57,794 bases of DNA, from positions 1-57,794 of IMG/VR virus record IMGVR_UViG_3300037313_000591. One strand, given 5' to 3'. This DNA comes from a virus (Duplodnaviria > Caudoviricetes). Position 1 is the first letter of the stretch, and each line of letters begins with the position of its first letter. The position numbers and the translations under genes are program-made. Shown here in pieces: positions 37,279-45,918 of this stretch. The notes under the pieces are model-generated. The model made no database searches. It was not told the DNA's origin and worked only from the letters and a program-made list of their open reading frames with translations.

Positions 37279-38270
37279 TTCGATCCTTTCTGTGGTTGAC
37301 TGGCGGCGATAAGACTGTCGAGCGCATCGTCAAGCGCGGCGCCGTCTGGAATGTCTAACGTCCACGACATCGGAATCGGCTCGCGCTTATGGCGCAAATA
37401 CCGATAGCGCGCCGCATCCCGTTCGGTATCCGCGCCAGCATGCGCTGCCTGTGCCGCGCCCTGCTGGGCAAGGTCGGCAAAGCGGACGTATTCGCCGTGC
37501 TTGTCGTCACGTTCAGGCACGCCGGATGCGTCGAAACTGTAACGGGCCAGCGGTGCAGCTTCCTGGCTGGGTGCTGGAGCGCGAGAGGTAGGACAGTTGC
37601 TAACGCTGCAATAATCGGCGCTATTCACGCGCCAGCCGCATTTGGCACAAGTTACGATCTCATCGGTGCTCGCGCTTGCCGTGGTGGCCGCTGGGCTAGC
37701 GCGCAGACCTTCGGCGTACGCTTCGCGCATGGCATTGCTTACCGTGCGGCCCTTCCGCTGCTCAGCAGCCATCCATGCATAACTGGCATCATCGGGATCG
37801 ACAGCCGCCCCTGCCTGCTGGGTGGCCGGCGCGCTGTCATATAGCGGGAAGAACTCGGTGCAGCCTTCCCCGGCGCGGCGCTTCGCTTCTTCCTTCGTGA
37901 ACGCCACGTCACCACGGCCATCCAGATCAGTCGCAAGCCACGCGGTCGGTGCTTCGGGCGCGGCTTGCTGGGACAAATACAACGAGTATGTGCCGTCAGG
38001 TAGCGAGCCTAGGTTTTCGCTCATCCATTGCCGTTCGGCGCCATGTTTGATGACTGTTGCGACTGGAGCATCTTGGGCGGCAGGACGAGCACGCGAAGCC
38101 TGCCATGCGCGCCAGCAAAGCTCCGTGTCGCCATCCAGGTATCGACCGCCATTCGGGTGCGGCGTGAAGCTAAATACATGCGACAGGGTAGTAGTCGGGC
38201 CACTACGCGCCCACGCTTCAAACTGCCCCCGTTCCGCCTGCTCGGTGACGCGCTGGTTCTGGTTATCCAT
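37275..38270 (-). CDS. mosaic hypothetical early protein
   Basis: ATG (MDNQNQ) after AAGGA; ER..FEAW, AWQA.RA, RDAARYRYLR modules. Confidence 0.65.
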   Translation of the reverse strand: MDNQNQRVTEQAERGQFEAWARSGPTTTLSHVFSFTPHPNGGRYLDGDTELCWRAWQASRARPAAQDAPVATVIKHGAERQWMSENLGSLPDGTYSLYLSQQAAPEAPTAWLATDLDGRGDVAFTKEEAKRRAGEGCTEFFPLYDSAPATQQAGAAVDPDDASYAWMAAEQRKGRTVSNAMREAYAEGLRASPAATTASASTDEIVTCAKCGWRVNSADYCSVSNCPTSRAPAPSQEAAPLARYSFDASGVPERDDKHGEYVRFADLAQQGAAQAAHAGADTERDAARYRYLRHKREPIPMSWTLDIPDGAALDDALDSLIAASQPQKGSK

Positions 38271-38435
38271 TGCTTTGTCCTTTCTCTGCTGGCACCGGGC
38301 CGGCTTTAATCTGGTAGGCTCGGTCGCACATGCGGCAATACGTCCGAACGACTTTCCCAGTGGTTCCAATGCGGCGCGGTACGATGAACTGATGACCGGC
38401 AGGGCACTTCACTTGGTCGCGATAAGTCTTTGCAC

Positions 38436-38870
38436 TCATTTCGCCTCTCCAGTCTTGCTAGTAGCTGTGCCGCTTTCGAGCGCACGAAACAGGTTCTGCA
38501 TCAGCGGCGTAAGTTGACGCACGACTGCCTCATCGTTGTTCTGATCGCAGGGATGCACTCGGCCGCGCATTTCTTCGATGGCATCGGCAACGACAGCTTG
38601 CGCAGCATTGCGGATTGCCTCGGCGTTCTGTGCGCTGGCCGAAGAGACGAGCTTGCAGAATGCTTCACGCAGGCGGTCGGCGATCTGTGCATATGCGCCG
38701 CCTACTGCGGTTGCGTTTCGGTACAGCACGACTCGCTGCTCATCCATCGTGTGCGGGCAGGCCAGCAGTGCGCGGCACAGATCGCGCTCGGCATCTTGCG
38801 CGGCCTGCTGGGTAGGTTGGGCGTTCTGTGCGCTGGCAGGAGCTACCGCCACTTTCTCATTCTTATTCAT
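38436..38870 (-). CDS. hypothetical early protein with an ASAQNA repeat
   Basis: GGAG RBS; 18-bp direct repeat at 38622 and 38820. Confidence 0.55.
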   Translation of the reverse strand: MNKNEKVAVAPASAQNAQPTQQAAQDAERDLCRALLACPHTMDEQRVVLYRNATAVGGAYAQIADRLREAFCKLVSSASAQNAEAIRNAAQAVVADAIEEMRGRVHPCDQNNDEAVVRQLTPLMQNLFRALESGTATSKTGEAK

Positions 38871-39370
38871 TTGTCTACTCCAATCGGGTTGAGCACGGCG
38901 AGATCGCCAAAGTAATGAATTGCGGCTTTGTTATAGGCGTGGGCCGCTTCATCAATCGTGTGGTAGTTGCCCAGGTACTTATTCACCTTGTTGACCTTGA
39001 TCTGCGCGGTATAGCGATCCCCTCGGGTATTCCTGAACACACCCTTTGCCGGCACCGCACCGCGAACGCCTTTGTTCACGTTATTTTCAAAGCTCGTAAC
39101 ACTTCGCAAGTTACTAATCCTGTTGTTCGCCCGATCACGGTCGATATGGTCGATTTGATCCGGCCATTCACCGTAATGCAGCGCCCATGCAATTCGATGA
39201 ACTGCAACGTCCCTGCCCATTACCCCAACCCTGAGATAGCCCTTCCCTTTGGTCCCGACCGGAACAGTTGGATCAAAAGACCCGCGTTTCACTGATAGGC
39301 GATAAACAAAGCCCGTTTCAGGGTCGTAACGGAAGATTTTGCGCAACTCCTCGATGTCGATGACGATCAT
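38867..39370 (-). CDS. HNH homing endonuclease with an AP2 domain
   Basis: YDPETG, HRIAW, IDHIDR...NNRISNLR, YLG.Y....EAA.AY..AA..YFG. Confidence 0.9.
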   Translation of the reverse strand: MIVIDIEELRKIFRYDPETGFVYRLSVKRGSFDPTVPVGTKGKGYLRVGVMGRDVAVHRIAWALHYGEWPDQIDHIDRDRANNRISNLRSVTSFENNVNKGVRGAVPAKGVFRNTRGDRYTAQIKVNKVNKYLGNYHTIDEAAHAYNKAAIHYFGDLAVLNPIGVDK

Positions 39371-39828
39371 TTGCCGCTACCTTCCTGAGCCTGTCTTGCA
39401 AGGTGCGCGCGAAGGTCGGCGATTTCGGCATTGCGGGCTTCAAGTGGCGCCCTGTCGCCGATGTAGATTTTTGCGACACCGCCTACGTCAGCGCGGAACG
39501 TGTTGCCAACCATGCGCTCTTGCCACGTCTTGATGACTGGCTGCTCTGCTTTCGGTTGGCGTGCGAGGTGGGCAGCAATCGCAGCGCGCTCGATGGCGCG
39601 GGCGAAGTATAGCGATGGCGAGATGCCGCTCGTGCTTTGGTCTTGCGCTTCGCGGTAAAGCTGGCCGATCTGCTCATCCGTCAGATCGCCGGCGCCGTTT
39701 TCTTCGCTCGTTATGCCAGCATTCACCGCACCGGCCGCCAGTTCCTGCCACGCTGCGTCTTCAGCCTCGGTCCAGTCCAGCGGCTCAGTCGGCAATTTGT
39801 CTTCGATGCGGCGCTTCTGATTCGTCAT
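39367..39828 (-). CDS. hypothetical early protein
   Basis: GGAG RBS before MTNQK; LTDEQI, FARAIE modules. Confidence 0.55.
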   Translation of the reverse strand: MTNQKRRIEDKLPTEPLDWTEAEDAAWQELAAGAVNAGITSEENGAGDLTDEQIGQLYREAQDQSTSGISPSLYFARAIERAAIAAHLARQPKAEQPVIKTWQERMVGNTFRADVGGVAKIYIGDRAPLEARNAEIADLRAHLARQAQEGSGK

Positions 39829-39905
39829 GTCTTCTCCAAAGGTCTCTAGGCGTGCTGTCTTGTATTCGGGGTAAAGGGCATCAGCCGTGTAGCAAACGCG
39901 AGCAG

Positions 39906-40475
39906 TCATATCGGCGCCTCGGACTCAAGACCCAAGCTCTTGCGCAGGGCGTACATCGCGGAGAAGTGCGCGTTGCGCCGCTCGATGTGCGAGATCAGCA
40001 AGGTCTGCTCGACCATTTTCTGTATGCGCCACTCGACAGCACCCATACGAATTGGCGGCGAGTCCTTCCGGTCGCAGTCGCAGCCGATGGACAGACCAAT
40101 GTCTTCCATCAGACGCGACCTAAGGGTCCGGTATGCCGGGATATCGCGCGCCCACTCCTGCAAGCGTGCGAGCGCGTCTTCGTAGCGACGGCGGAGCTCT
40201 GCTCGTGCGATTTGGCGCGACTCCCACTCGGCGCACCGTTTGGCGTAATCTGCATCGCACGCCAGTTGTGCCGCGGCTTCGTCCATGCCCTCGAGCTCGA
40301 CCAGGTACGCTCGTGCTTCCGCCAGTTCCACAGCAAGCGGCGATTCGTCGTCGCTTACCACGTCCGCCGCCGGGCAACTCAGCCCCAGCTGCGAACCCAG
40401 CATCGTGGCACTTTGGAGCACGAACTCTTCGAACGTCACTCCCCGCGTAATCGCTCCTGCGCATCCTATTGGCAT
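39906..40475 (-). CDS. hypothetical protein
   Basis: GGAG RBS; ORF in the leftward operon. Confidence 0.55.
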   Translation of the reverse strand: MPIGCAGAITRGVTFEEFVLQSATMLGSQLGLSCPAADVVSDDESPLAVELAEARAYLVELEGMDEAAAQLACDADYAKRCAEWESRQIARAELRRRYEDALARLQEWARDIPAYRTLRSRLMEDIGLSIGCDCDRKDSPPIRMGAVEWRIQKMVEQTLLISHIERRNAHFSAMYALRKSLGLESEAPI

Positions 40476-40506
40476 GGCTGTCTCCGCTCTTGTCAGGTGA
40501 AATTCA

Positions 40507-41160
40507 TCAATTGGTTAGCTGCTGCTTAGTCGGGTTCATTCCGATCCTTCGCTCCACTTCACGTAGTGCAGCAGCATGTCTTGAATAAAGAGTCGTCTTC
40601 TTCATGTTCAACCTCTCTGCAATCTCGGAAAGGCAGAGGCGTTCACCCTGGAAGTTCGCCATGATGTTCCGGCGGGTGTTCTGCGCTTGCTGCTTTGGTG
40701 TCGCCCAACGACAGTTTCCTGGTTCATAATTTCCATTCTTGTCGGGCCAGCGATCTAACGTCATCCCCTCCGGTGGGTCGCCCATATCAGCGACAAAGTT
40801 CTGCAGCGTCTTCCAGCGATCGGAAACCACGATTCCTCGGCCGCCGTAGTCGCTGTAGTGCTTATTCCTCGGGTTCTCGCAACGGTCAATCATGTGATGC
40901 CAAGTGTTCCGGGCACGCACGTGGTGTATCCCAAAGGCGTCGGCCTTACGTTTCTTGGCCAGCTCCTGGAACGCTTTCGAACGCATGCACCCACACGATT
41001 TGGTATTCCCCGACAATAGGCTGCTAATATCGACAAGGACGATGCAACCGCAAGCACAAATGCACTCCCATTGCGTCTTTCCAAACCTGTCTTTTCCGCA
41101 GCGCTTTGATGCTGTCAAATATCCAAATACTTGACCGGCTACCTCTTTGAACTTAGGCAT
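40507..41160 (-). CDS. HNH-like homing endonuclease
   Basis: W.C.C.CG, SCGC, YGGRGI.V..RW, F..DMG..P.G.TLDR...NGNYEPGNCRWAT. Confidence 0.85.
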   Translation of the reverse strand: MPKFKEVAGQVFGYLTASKRCGKDRFGKTQWECICACGCIVLVDISSLLSGNTKSCGCMRSKAFQELAKKRKADAFGIHHVRARNTWHHMIDRCENPRNKHYSDYGGRGIVVSDRWKTLQNFVADMGDPPEGMTLDRWPDKNGNYEPGNCRWATPKQQAQNTRRNIMANFQGERLCLSEIAERLNMKKTTLYSRHAAALREVERRIGMNPTKQQLTN

Positions 41161-41602
41161 TTGCATCCTCGCTGTTTAGGCGCCGTGACTCGCTCCACTG
41201 CACGCCTCGCGCAGCACCGAAGGCGTACAGGAACTCGATAAACTGCGCGGCCTCCTTAACGTAGAAGTCTCGCGACTGGATGCCAAGCTGGACAATTCGC
41301 TGTCCATCTAAGCTCGGTACAACGCGACCGTCATGGTGCAGGGGAGTCCCAGCCATTCGCATCTCATCCGCGAAGTCGTCGATCAGGAGGCGCTTCATAT
41401 CGTCGGCGTCCCACTTGCGGCCGATATGCTCTATCTGGCGGGCGATATCGCCGATCATGGCGTGGTACTTCTCTTCCTGAATGCGGCGCTTGATCGGCTC
41501 GGACATAACTACCATCCAACCTGCCGGAGCTTCCATGCAGAAGCGGGCGGCGTTATTGCGGGCCTGATCGTGAACCAGAACGAAGGTACGTTTGGCGGTC
41601 AT
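41153..41602 (-). CDS. ninB: NinB/YbcN-like recombination protein
   Basis: R...Q....HAMIGDIARQ, FIEFLYAFGA.RGV.WS. Confidence 0.8.
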   Translation of the reverse strand: MTAKRTFVLVHDQARNNAARFCMEAPAGWMVVMSEPIKRRIQEEKYHAMIGDIARQIEHIGRKWDADDMKRLLIDDFADEMRMAGTPLHHDGRVVPSLDGQRIVQLGIQSRDFYVKEAAQFIEFLYAFGAARGVQWSESRRLNSEDANA

Positions 41603-41823
41603 GGCGTCACCACTTCCCGCAGCGAAGCAACGTCCACACGCGCCAATCGCTCGGCCATCTGAGTCATCGACGTGTCGAACGCTTCCGCCAGCACGTAGAG
41701 CGTTTCAGCGTCAGTCGGAGCGTCAGCCATCACATCGGCCATATCGGCTAGACGAGGGTAGTCGCCATTGCGGGCGTCACGCAGGAATTGCGCTGCCATT
41801 TCGTTTGCGTGGTCGAGGGTCAT
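41599..41823 (-). CDS. hypothetical protein
   Basis: ATG at 41823 overlapping the upstream stop. Confidence 0.5.
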   Translation of the reverse strand: MTLDHANEMAAQFLRDARNGDYPRLADMADVMADAPTDAETLYVLAEAFDTSMTQMAERLARVDVASLREVVTP

Positions 41824-42335
41824 CACTTGATCTCCAACCTGGTTGCCTGCGACAGCTTCGCGCCCGGGATCTCGCGGCCAGCTTTGATGGCGTCCTTGAT
41901 CGCGGCCTTGTCCGGCGCAGGCGGGGGTGGTGGAGGAGGTTCCGGTGCGCGCATGAACTCCGCCGGGATCTGCTTCTCGTCCCAAATCTCGACGGACGGC
42001 GGGTTCTTCTTGATCGTCAGGGCAAAGTGAGGGCAATCTAGCTTCGAGACGCCGGCAATCTCCAGGCCAACCTTCAGGTGCTCGGTGAGAGAGGTGGCAC
42101 GCTTCTCGATCGCCAGACGCCGGGCCTTCATCTGCTCCTCTGCATCCTCGATGCTGGCGGCGGTTGCTTGCAGGTTGCGAATCACGAAGCCATAGTTCTG
42201 TGCCTTCAGTTCCAGTGGCCAGATTTCGGCTTCCAGCGTGTCGGCCAGGGTCTGTTCGTCGACGCCGGCATCCATCAGGACGTCAGTGATGTGGCGGAAC
42301 TCGGAAGCGATCTGAAATAAAGTAAGTGAGCTCAT
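41823..42335 (-). CDS. siphovirus Gp157-like protein
   Basis: DTLE..., KNPPSVEI.DE..IP.EF, DK.AIK.AIK.G..IPGA.L. Confidence 0.85.
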   Translation of the reverse strand: MSSLTLFQIASEFRHITDVLMDAGVDEQTLADTLEAEIWPLELKAQNYGFVIRNLQATAASIEDAEEQMKARRLAIEKRATSLTEHLKVGLEIAGVSKLDCPHFALTIKKNPPSVEIWDEKQIPAEFMRAPEPPPPPPPAPDKAAIKDAIKAGREIPGAKLSQATRLEIK

Positions 42336-43225
42336 TTGGCGGTCTCCACGTTCGCTTCAAATTCAGCCTTGCGGCCGTTGTAGACACTCTGCGCTGCGGC
42401 CATGGCATCGGTGTTACCGAAGCCCTTCGCGTACTTGTAGGCGGTCGCGAAGTGGCGTTGCAGCGTTTCCAGAGAGTCGGCGTCGACGATCGCACCAGTC
42501 AGGCTAGTCATCGTGTCTTCGTCGAACCTGGCCGGCTCCGCGCCCATTTCAAGCCATTGCTTCAGTTGTTTGCCTGTGTCGACAGTGATCGGCGCAGGGT
42601 TGGCGTTGGAGAACAGTCCAGTACGGTCCTTGGTCGCGGTAGCGAAGTTACCGTCGTGGATCAGGTCCAGTACAACGGTCATCTCGTATTCGAAGCCGTC
42701 GCGCTGCTCGGCCTTCATGCCCAGCTTGACGACCTTCTTGCGTCCGTTCTCTTCGGTCTGCGCGGTCTCGGTCTTACTGCGCAGGGTGACGATGATGTGC
42801 ATGGAGCTATGCAGGATCGCGTCGAGCAGGGCGCGGTGACGCGGCGTCACATCATTCCAGGCGCTCCATGAGTTGCCCTTGTACTTGGCGCGTGCGATCT
42901 GGTCGACCAGCTCCAGGCAGCCACCGACGCCGCTCCACTCGTGCGTGATGCTGTCGATGATGCAGGTGTCGTAACCCGCTTCCTCAGCAGCCTTGATTGC
43001 CTCGATATAGCGTTCTGGCGTGAACGGCGAACCCAGGTTGAGCGTGTCGAAGTCGGTCAGGTGCGAATAGAGCGATGCGCTCTCTCGCTCGGTATCGACC
43101 ACTGCGATCCTGCCGCCCAGGCCAGTCGCGAGCAGGAGGGCGCCCCAGGTCTTGCCCGATCCGCTCGGCCCCGTCACTGCCAGCCGTAGCTTGGCCTTCT
43201 GACGCGTAGCTTTGGTGAATTTCAT
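42332..43225 (-). CDS. Sak4-like AAA recombinase ATPase
   Basis: GPSGSGKT, VDTE, IIDSITHEW, EQRDGFEYE, KDRTGLF. Confidence 0.85.
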   Translation of the reverse strand: MKFTKATRQKAKLRLAVTGPSGSGKTWGALLLATGLGGRIAVVDTERESASLYSHLTDFDTLNLGSPFTPERYIEAIKAAEEAGYDTCIIDSITHEWSGVGGCLELVDQIARAKYKGNSWSAWNDVTPRHRALLDAILHSSMHIIVTLRSKTETAQTEENGRKKVVKLGMKAEQRDGFEYEMTVVLDLIHDGNFATATKDRTGLFSNANPAPITVDTGKQLKQWLEMGAEPARFDEDTMTSLTGAIVDADSLETLQRHFATAYKYAKGFGNTDAMAAAQSVYNGRKAEFEANVETAK

Positions 43226-43242
43226 TGCAAGCTCCATTCAAG

Positions 43243-43437
43243 TTAGAAAGGAAGGTTTTCGTCTTTCACGCGCTGCTCGTGTTCCTTGCGCTGCTGTTCC
43301 ATCATCCGCGGCGACCACACGCTCGTGTAACCGACCGTGCGGAGCGGGGGAAACAGCTTTGCTGCCAGGCTCCTGCGGCGCTGCTCCATTTCTTCGTACT
43401 GCTGGAGCGCGTCTGATGCGTCTTCGATCTTGTTCAT
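43243..43437 (-). CDS. hypothetical protein
   Basis: GAGGAG RBS; ends in LPF. Confidence 0.5.
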   Translation of the reverse strand: MNKIEDASDALQQYEEMEQRRRSLAAKLFPPLRTVGYTSVWSPRMMEQQRKEHEQRVKDENLPF

Positions 43438-43452
43438 GTCTGACTCCTCAGA

Positions 43453-43578
43453 TCAGGGCGGGCTTACCATCAGAACCACTGTGCAGATCAGCCCCAGGAT
43501 CGTCAGGCCAGCCAGCTTCACTTTTGCGACAAGGATTTCAGCCTCGGTCACGCGAACTACTTGCTGCATGTGGTTCAT
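43453..43578 (-). CDS. small single-TM protein (41 aa, not in the ORF track)
   Basis: AAGGAGG RBS; MNHMQQ...LAGLTILGLICTVVLMV. Confidence 0.45.
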   Translation of the reverse strand: MNHMQQVVRVTEAEILVAKVKLAGLTILGLICTVVLMVSPP

Positions 43579-43597
43579 GGCTTCCTCCTTGGTTGAG

Positions 43598-43804
43598 TTA
43601 CCAGCCTTCGATTTGGCGACGCTTTGCGGTTAGTGCGATCTGGCGCTTACGCTCTGCCAGCTCCATCGGGATCGACTGCACACGCATGACGTAGAAGTGG
43701 TCGGCGCGGTATTCGCAGCGGGCCAGCTGGTAGTTCGTCCACCAGAGGGCCAGCGGCTTGGTGATCTTGCGCACCAGACGGCGGGCGATGCGGGCGGCGA
43801 TCAT
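43598..43804 (-). CDS. hypothetical protein
   Basis: ATGA-coupled to the upstream gene. Confidence 0.55.
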   Translation of the reverse strand: MIAARIARRLVRKITKPLALWWTNYQLARCEYRADHFYVMRVQSIPMELAERKRQIALTAKRRQIEGW

Positions 43805-44328
43805 GCGGCCACCTCATCTTTCTGCGCCTCTGCAGCCGCGTATTCACTCGCCAGAATCTCGACCATGTGCTCGTTCAGCTTGGCTGTGGTCGCGACGTAG
43901 ACGGCGTCGCTACGGTCAAGCAATGCGAAGCTGCCGCCGAAGATCAGGGCGCCCCAAGTTGTACCCATCGCTTGCAGTACCGGGTCAAAGGGAACGTCGT
44001 CAGTCGGACACCAGTCCTTCCACTGCGCCTTCAAGTCGGCCAGCTCGGCCTTTTCCTCCGCAGTGGCCTTCACGATCGAATTGCGCGGGCGCTGCTGGCC
44101 GAGCGATTGCCTGTCAGGGCACGTCCAAAGGCGAGTCGGTTTGGGCGGCTCGAACACGAGTCCGCAGATGCGGTAGCCTTGCGTGTTATTGCTGACGACC
44201 AGATGCTTAGCGCCGAAGTGTGCTTGAAAAGCCTCGCCGCGCTTACGCAGGGCCGCCAGCTTTTCATTGCGCTCACTGAGCACGGACAGCACTTCCGGGG
44301 CGCTCGTCTTGTAGTAAGCCTTGCTCAT
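43801..44328 (-). CDS. hypothetical protein
   Basis: GAGGAG RBS before MSKAYYK; EILASEY C-terminal motif. Confidence 0.6.
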   Translation of the reverse strand: MSKAYYKTSAPEVLSVLSERNEKLAALRKRGEAFQAHFGAKHLVVSNNTQGYRICGLVFEPPKPTRLWTCPDRQSLGQQRPRNSIVKATAEEKAELADLKAQWKDWCPTDDVPFDPVLQAMGTTWGALIFGGSFALLDRSDAVYVATTAKLNEHMVEILASEYAAAEAQKDEVAA

Positions 44329-44460
44329 TACGTCTGCTCCTCGTTTGTTATTAGGTGTGGCGCACCGGGCGGCCTTCACTCTCTCGTGAGTGGCGGCGGT
44401 CCTTACTACCCGCTCGCGCTTCCGGTCTGGGTACTAGCCAGACAGTTCCGGTCATGCGGT

Positions 44461-44602
44461 TCACCACACTAGACCCGGCTGGAGTTGAACCAGCGACTAG
44501 GACCATTGACGGTCGCGCGTGTCCGTCGATCCTGCGGCTTGCCTTTCGGCTTCGCATCCGCCCTTGACTCTACCTAGCTGAGTTACGGGCCTAGTGTGGT
44601 GA
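44461..44602 (-). ncRNA. tRNA-like RNA with an extended acceptor stem and a two-hairpin insert replacing the anticodon loop
   Basis: Acceptor AGGCCCG/CGGGTCT extended to 17 bp; D-arm ACTC-AGCTAGGTA-GAGT; T-arm GCTGG-TTCAACT-CCAGC. Confidence 0.7.
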
Positions 44603-44629
44603 CTGGCTTACGACCAGTCAGGCGTCCTG

Positions 44630-44869
44630 CTACTGCTTGAATCGTGCAACTGCCAACTCGTATTGGCGGGAGTACTGCAGCTCGCGCTCGATGGCGCTCA
44701 GCGCAATCTCCAAGCCGTCGTTGAGGCCGTTGATGTACTGACTCTCGTGCTGATGAACGGCGTTGCGAGCGGCCTGCACGACTTTCTGGAGTGCTTCGAG
44801 GCGCTCGCTGGCAGCGGGCATGATCGACCCCGCGACGCGCTGCTGGCTAATCTGTGGTGTCACATTCAT
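44630..44869 (-). CDS. hypothetical protein
   Basis: AGGAG RBS; NGL.DGLEIAL. Confidence 0.55.
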   Translation of the reverse strand: MNVTPQISQQRVAGSIMPAASERLEALQKVVQAARNAVHQHESQYINGLNDGLEIALSAIERELQYSRQYELAVARFKQ

Positions 44870-44909
44870 GTCTCCTCTCCTTATTCGTCGGACTGCGTTC
44901 TATCGTTTC

Positions 44910-45093
44910 CGCTACTAGAGCAAGGGGCTGGGCGCCACTCCAGCATGAGACTGTAGGCACGTCTCTCAGTAGTCAGCCGCATGGTTTCGGTAGCGGCCAA
45001 GCTTCTTTCTTCCCCGGTTTAGAATCCCGGCATATTTCCGACTTTTGCGTGTACCGCGTAACTACCTTCCACGCCGCCCTTGCTCTAGTAACG
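44910..45093 (-). ncRNA. degenerate tRNA-shaped RNA with a 17-bp terminal stem and a ~110-nt insert
   Basis: CGTTACTAGAGCAAGGG/CCCTTGCTCTAGTAGCG stem; D-like GCGT-GGAAGGTAGTT-ACGC; T-like GCTGG-AGTGGCGC-CCAGC. Confidence 0.55.
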
Positions 45094-45459
45094 CCGTCTT
45101 TCCGGCTGCCAGATGCACCACGCGCCCTAAAGCCTTGCGAGGCAAGGAGGATCAGGCTTCCCGTACGCGCGCACCTGCCGGTGTTATCTGCCCCACTACC
45201 GGCTTGGGTCGAAAGCACTACTACCTGCTTGCCACAACACCTAATCGACGCTGATACGGCTTTGCCGGCGCCTCTGCGCGCATCGCCTTGTGTTCTTCCC
45301 AAGCTTCGGCCTGAAGCTCTTCGCTGGGCTGCATGTACTGCACGATGGTTCGGATAACCCAATACTTCGCTTCTCGTTCCCATTGCGGGGCAGGGTGGTG
45401 CCCCAGTCGCATGTCATCGATCGTGTGGCGCAGCGCGCTGTCGCCGATGTGTCGGAGGC

Positions 45460-45753
45460 TCAAAGCAACCCCCATTGGTGGTCGTACTTTGCTGCCAGCT
45501 GGTCGTAGGCCACGCGTTCTGCCTTCGCTTCGCGCCGGGCTTCGTCGTATTGCACGCGCTTTTCGACGTCGAGCCACCGGCCCATTTCATCCAGCGCCTC
45601 GTCGTCGAGCAGGTAGGTCACGTTTAGCTTCGTCCCTGCCCGCATCACATCAGTAACAACGTAGCCTTCATCTTCCGTAGCACGCCGGCCATACAGGTCC
45701 AGCTTGCGGCTGCCGTACTGATAGCCGCTGTAGAGGAGGGTTCCGATCGACAT
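45460..45753 (-). CDS. hypothetical protein
   Basis: GAGGA RBS; ORF in the leftward operon. Confidence 0.55.
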   Translation of the reverse strand: MSIGTLLYSGYQYGSRKLDLYGRRATEDEGYVVTDVMRAGTKLNVTYLLDDEALDEMGRWLDVEKRVQYDEARREAKAERVAYDQLAAKYDHQWGLL

Positions 45754-45763
45754 GGCATCATCC

Positions 45764-45907
45764 TCACCGTGCGCACTCGGGCGCTTTGCCGTTGATCAGA
45801 TGCCAGCCAAGCTGGCGACGGACTTCAGCCGGTGGTGGAGGCGGGGTTTTCTCCATCTGACGTTGCTGCATCCAATCCCGTAGCTTCTGCTTGTCTGGAC
45901 GAGTCAC
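45764..45907 (-). CDS. small protein with a PPPPPAEVRRQLGW motif
   Basis: GTG start after GGGAG. Confidence 0.55.
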   Translation of the reverse strand: MTRPDKQKLRDWMQQRQMEKTPPPPPAEVRRQLGWHLINGKAPECAR

Positions 45908-45918
45908 GATTAACTCCC

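Noticed and set aside
44375-44445. Sarcin-ricin loop mimic (CTAGTAC, TAGTAAGGACCG and ACGAGAG fragments on the minus strand)
   Set aside because: The fragments fall in separate hairpins and do not form AGUACGAGAGGAC; may be chance
44470-44592. Functional tRNA gene, or a tRNA with a group I intron
   Set aside because: No definable anticodon loop or CCA; the ~56-nt insert is far too short for a self-splicing intron
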